DNA of 47,249 bases from the IMG/VR virus record IMGVR_UViG_3300008113_000206, positions 1 through 47,249 of that record. One strand, written 5' to 3'. Within the stretch, counting starts at the first letter, position 1, and each line of letters starts with the position of its first letter. A model generated the notes under the pieces. The model was not told the origin of the DNA. It ran no database searches and was given only the letters and a program-made list of their open reading frames with translations. The DNA comes from a virus. Taxonomy: Duplodnaviria; Caudoviricetes. The position numbers and the translations under genes were made by a program. Positions 45,241-47,249 of this stretch are shown here, piece after piece.

Positions 45241-47085
45241 TTATTTAGCGTCGCCGTAAGACTTTCCTATGCCTGTCTCACAAGCTAACGGTAGATGATC
45301 ACGACACCACTTGGGTGCCAACGACAAACACTCTTCCATGTACCTTCGTGCTTCAGTAATTTCTTCCGTCTTAGGTACTGCAACTGCTTCATCATGCACT
45401 GACAACTTGACTGGGTACTTCTGATTGATACGTGCAGTCTGCCACATAACAACCCGCATGGCTGCATGTTGTGACAGATTCTCCACAATCTTCGGTCCGT
45501 AAATACGTATGCGAGAACGTCCCATGGAGTACTCCCACTCTTTAGTACGTGGGTTGTACTGCAAGTCGTGGTACATCACCCCCGGTTCCCCCGGTCGCCC
45601 GAAGCCATTGTTCTGAGTGATGAACCAACCATTAACGTCTACGTTCAGTAGACTACAACCATTCGCGATGTCTGGCAATATCCAATTATGGCAACGATCC
45701 CATAGCTCGACTACCTGCGGGTGGACTTGTCTGTAGAGTGAGACGATATCGTACGCGCGCTGTAGTTCGATCTCTTGTAGGTTGCGGTCTTGCCGTGCCG
45801 CAAGGCGTACCATCTCCTGAAACCGTGGCGCACCCGCACCGTACTGCAACCCAAGCATCGCTGTCTTGCCGAGGAATCGTTCAGCCTTGTCTGCCTTGGT
45901 AATGTTTCTACCAAACAACTTACTAGCAAAATCGCAATACAGATCAACGCCGTTCTTTAGTTTCTCCACCACATCCCACTGTCCTGCTAGCGCCATGACC
46001 ATGCGTAGCTCGATGTTGGATGAGTCGCCCACCAGCACGGTGTGACCTTCAGGGGCGAGCAACGCGTCACGCAGACCTGCTGACGGCCCACGCGCAGGTA
46101 AGTTCTGCCAGTTCACCTTGTTGCCACCAGAGTAGCGCCCTGTGGTCTTCGCACCCCAGAAGTTCAGGTACACCGGCAGGGCTCCACGCTCTGCCATCTC
46201 GACAAACTTCAACGCACGTGTCTCGGCAATCGTTGTCTTGACTCCCAGTCGTGCAGCGACCAGCGCCTGTACTTCAGGTATGTCGTGATTAAGTAGGTCA
46301 GTAAACTCTTTGTCTGACTTGGCGAACGCGAAGGTTTGCTTGCCCGTTGCCTTGCTCTCCTTCATGGGCGGCAATACTCCGTACGATTCCAAACGCGCGG
46401 CGAACTTGTCGTTGGACATGATCTCTGCCCGCTCGACCATCGCAGTGTTCAGCAAGGTTGTCTTGCGGTCTACCTCGTTCTGGTGGAGTTCCTTCATCTT
46501 GTTTGTATCACCCACCAGCACCGGCTCAGTGAACATACGCACCGTCATGTCGATTAGGCGTGTCTCCAACGCAGGGGTGAACTCATCCATCTTGCTACCC
46601 ATTGCTGCGCACAAGTTGGTGTCGTGTTTGCAGTACTCGGCGTATTGCTCCAGCCCGTATGGACTAAACGCTTCGCGGCGTATTCCCAACGCGTTCGTCA
46701 CCGCAGTACCTTTGTCGGTGAGACTGAAGTATTTCGCCATTGACGCAAGGCTGTGCGATGGCAGGTATGGGTACAGCATGCGGGCTTGTGCGAGTGTGTC
46801 CATCCACAGCTTCGGTCTGATGCCAAAGCGCTGCGTCATGATGTACCCATCGAACATGGTGTTGTGGCACCGCACGGCAGAGTTTACCCAATCGAAGTTA
46901 CCCCATAGCCAATCGTGTGTCTCGTCGAACGTGCCTGAGAACCACACAGGTTTCTCGTCGTTTAATTTAACGCAAACGCCCACGACTTCGAATCGTGGGT
47001 CTTTGATGTATGCGTCGGTCTGCATCTTCGACAGGGAGTAGTCCTTGTCGTAGTACGTCTCGAAGTCAACTGTGTATATATTCAT
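45241..47085 (-). CDS. polA: DNA polymerase family A with 3'-5' exonuclease
   Basis: ExoI DFET, ExoII HNTMFD, ExoIII YCKHD, TTGRYS, motif A DSSNIELR, motif B KTAMLGLQYG, motif C VHDE. Confidence 0.95.
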   Translation of the reverse strand: MNIYTVDFETYYDKDYSLSKMQTDAYIKDPRFEVVGVCVKLNDEKPVWFSGTFDETHDWLWGNFDWVNSAVRCHNTMFDGYIMTQRFGIRPKLWMDTLAQARMLYPYLPSHSLASMAKYFSLTDKGTAVTNALGIRREAFSPYGLEQYAEYCKHDTNLCAAMGSKMDEFTPALETRLIDMTVRMFTEPVLVGDTNKMKELHQNEVDRKTTLLNTAMVERAEIMSNDKFAARLESYGVLPPMKESKATGKQTFAFAKSDKEFTDLLNHDIPEVQALVAARLGVKTTIAETRALKFVEMAERGALPVYLNFWGAKTTGRYSGGNKVNWQNLPARGPSAGLRDALLAPEGHTVLVGDSSNIELRMVMALAGQWDVVEKLKNGVDLYCDFASKLFGRNITKADKAERFLGKTAMLGLQYGAGAPRFQEMVRLAARQDRNLQEIELQRAYDIVSLYRQVHPQVVELWDRCHNWILPDIANGCSLLNVDVNGWFITQNNGFGRPGEPGVMYHDLQYNPRTKEWEYSMGRSRIRIYGPKIVENLSQHAAMRVVMWQTARINQKYPVKLSVHDEAVAVPKTEEITEARRYMEECLSLAPKWCRDHLPLACETGIGKSYGDAK

Positions 47086-47249
47086 TCTAGTAATCCTAGT
47101 CGTATCGATTCGATCTCTGCGAGTTCTTCTTCTGACATGTAACTTTCGATGGTGTAGAACCGCTCGTCACACGCTAAACACTTACGCTTGCGCACCACGT
47201 GGTTGCCAATGTGACGTGAGTCATAGATGTTTAACTTGCTGCTTTCACA
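47082..47249 (-). CDS. NrdR-like zinc-ribbon protein (5'-truncated by the window edge)
   Basis: Translated by hand: ...CESSKLNIYDSRHIGNHVVRKRKCLACDERFYTIESYMSEEELAEIESIRLGLLE*; ATGA overlap with the polymerase start. Confidence 0.7.
   Translation of the reverse strand, partial: CESSKLNIYDSRHIGNHVVRKRKCLACDERFYTIESYMSEEELAEIESIRLGLLE

Noticed and set aside
46310-47041. 243-aa plus-strand ORF
   Set aside because: Antisense shadow of the DNA polymerase gene; no SD or recognisable motifs.

Overview
The window is most of the genome of a short-tailed (podovirus-like) dsDNA phage of a Gram-negative host; the host type is inferred from an embedded Rz/Rz1 spanin pair. Positions 1-1350 are a leftward early/regulatory region with small ORFs, a repeated 12-14 bp motif, a 16-bp palindrome and a C-rich tract. 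Positions 1353-38100 (+) form one long late arm: small and large terminase, portal, scaffold, major capsid protein, decoration and adaptor proteins, a collagen-like fibre, a mosaic LamG/beta-propeller fibre, a fibre chaperone, a GT2-TPR glycosyltransferase, an expanded 9-gene lysis/membrane cassette (GH19 endolysin, spanins), nozzle, tail spike, GNAT, three ejection proteins (the last a 2272-aa polyvalent protein with HExxH and ART-like domains) and five tiny basic proteins. Positions 38101-47249 (-) are the replication arm: HNH, primase/DUF927, SSB-like protein, SNF2 helicase, VRR-NUC, Cas4-like nuclease, family A DNA polymerase (Leu at the 762-equivalent position) and a truncated NrdR-like Zn ribbon. 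I saw no integrase, RNA polymerase, tRNA or CRISPR array. The most interesting signals are a probable virion-glycosylation module (Thr-rich collagen fibre plus GT2-TPR), a C1q/BclA-like domain flanked by exact in-frame 53-bp repeats, three apparently leaderless genes, an ATT-initiated lysis-region gene missed by the ORF track, structured leaders before the scaffold and capsid genes, and the cluster of translationally coupled basic microproteins. All family assignments come from motif recognition by eye, not from database searches.
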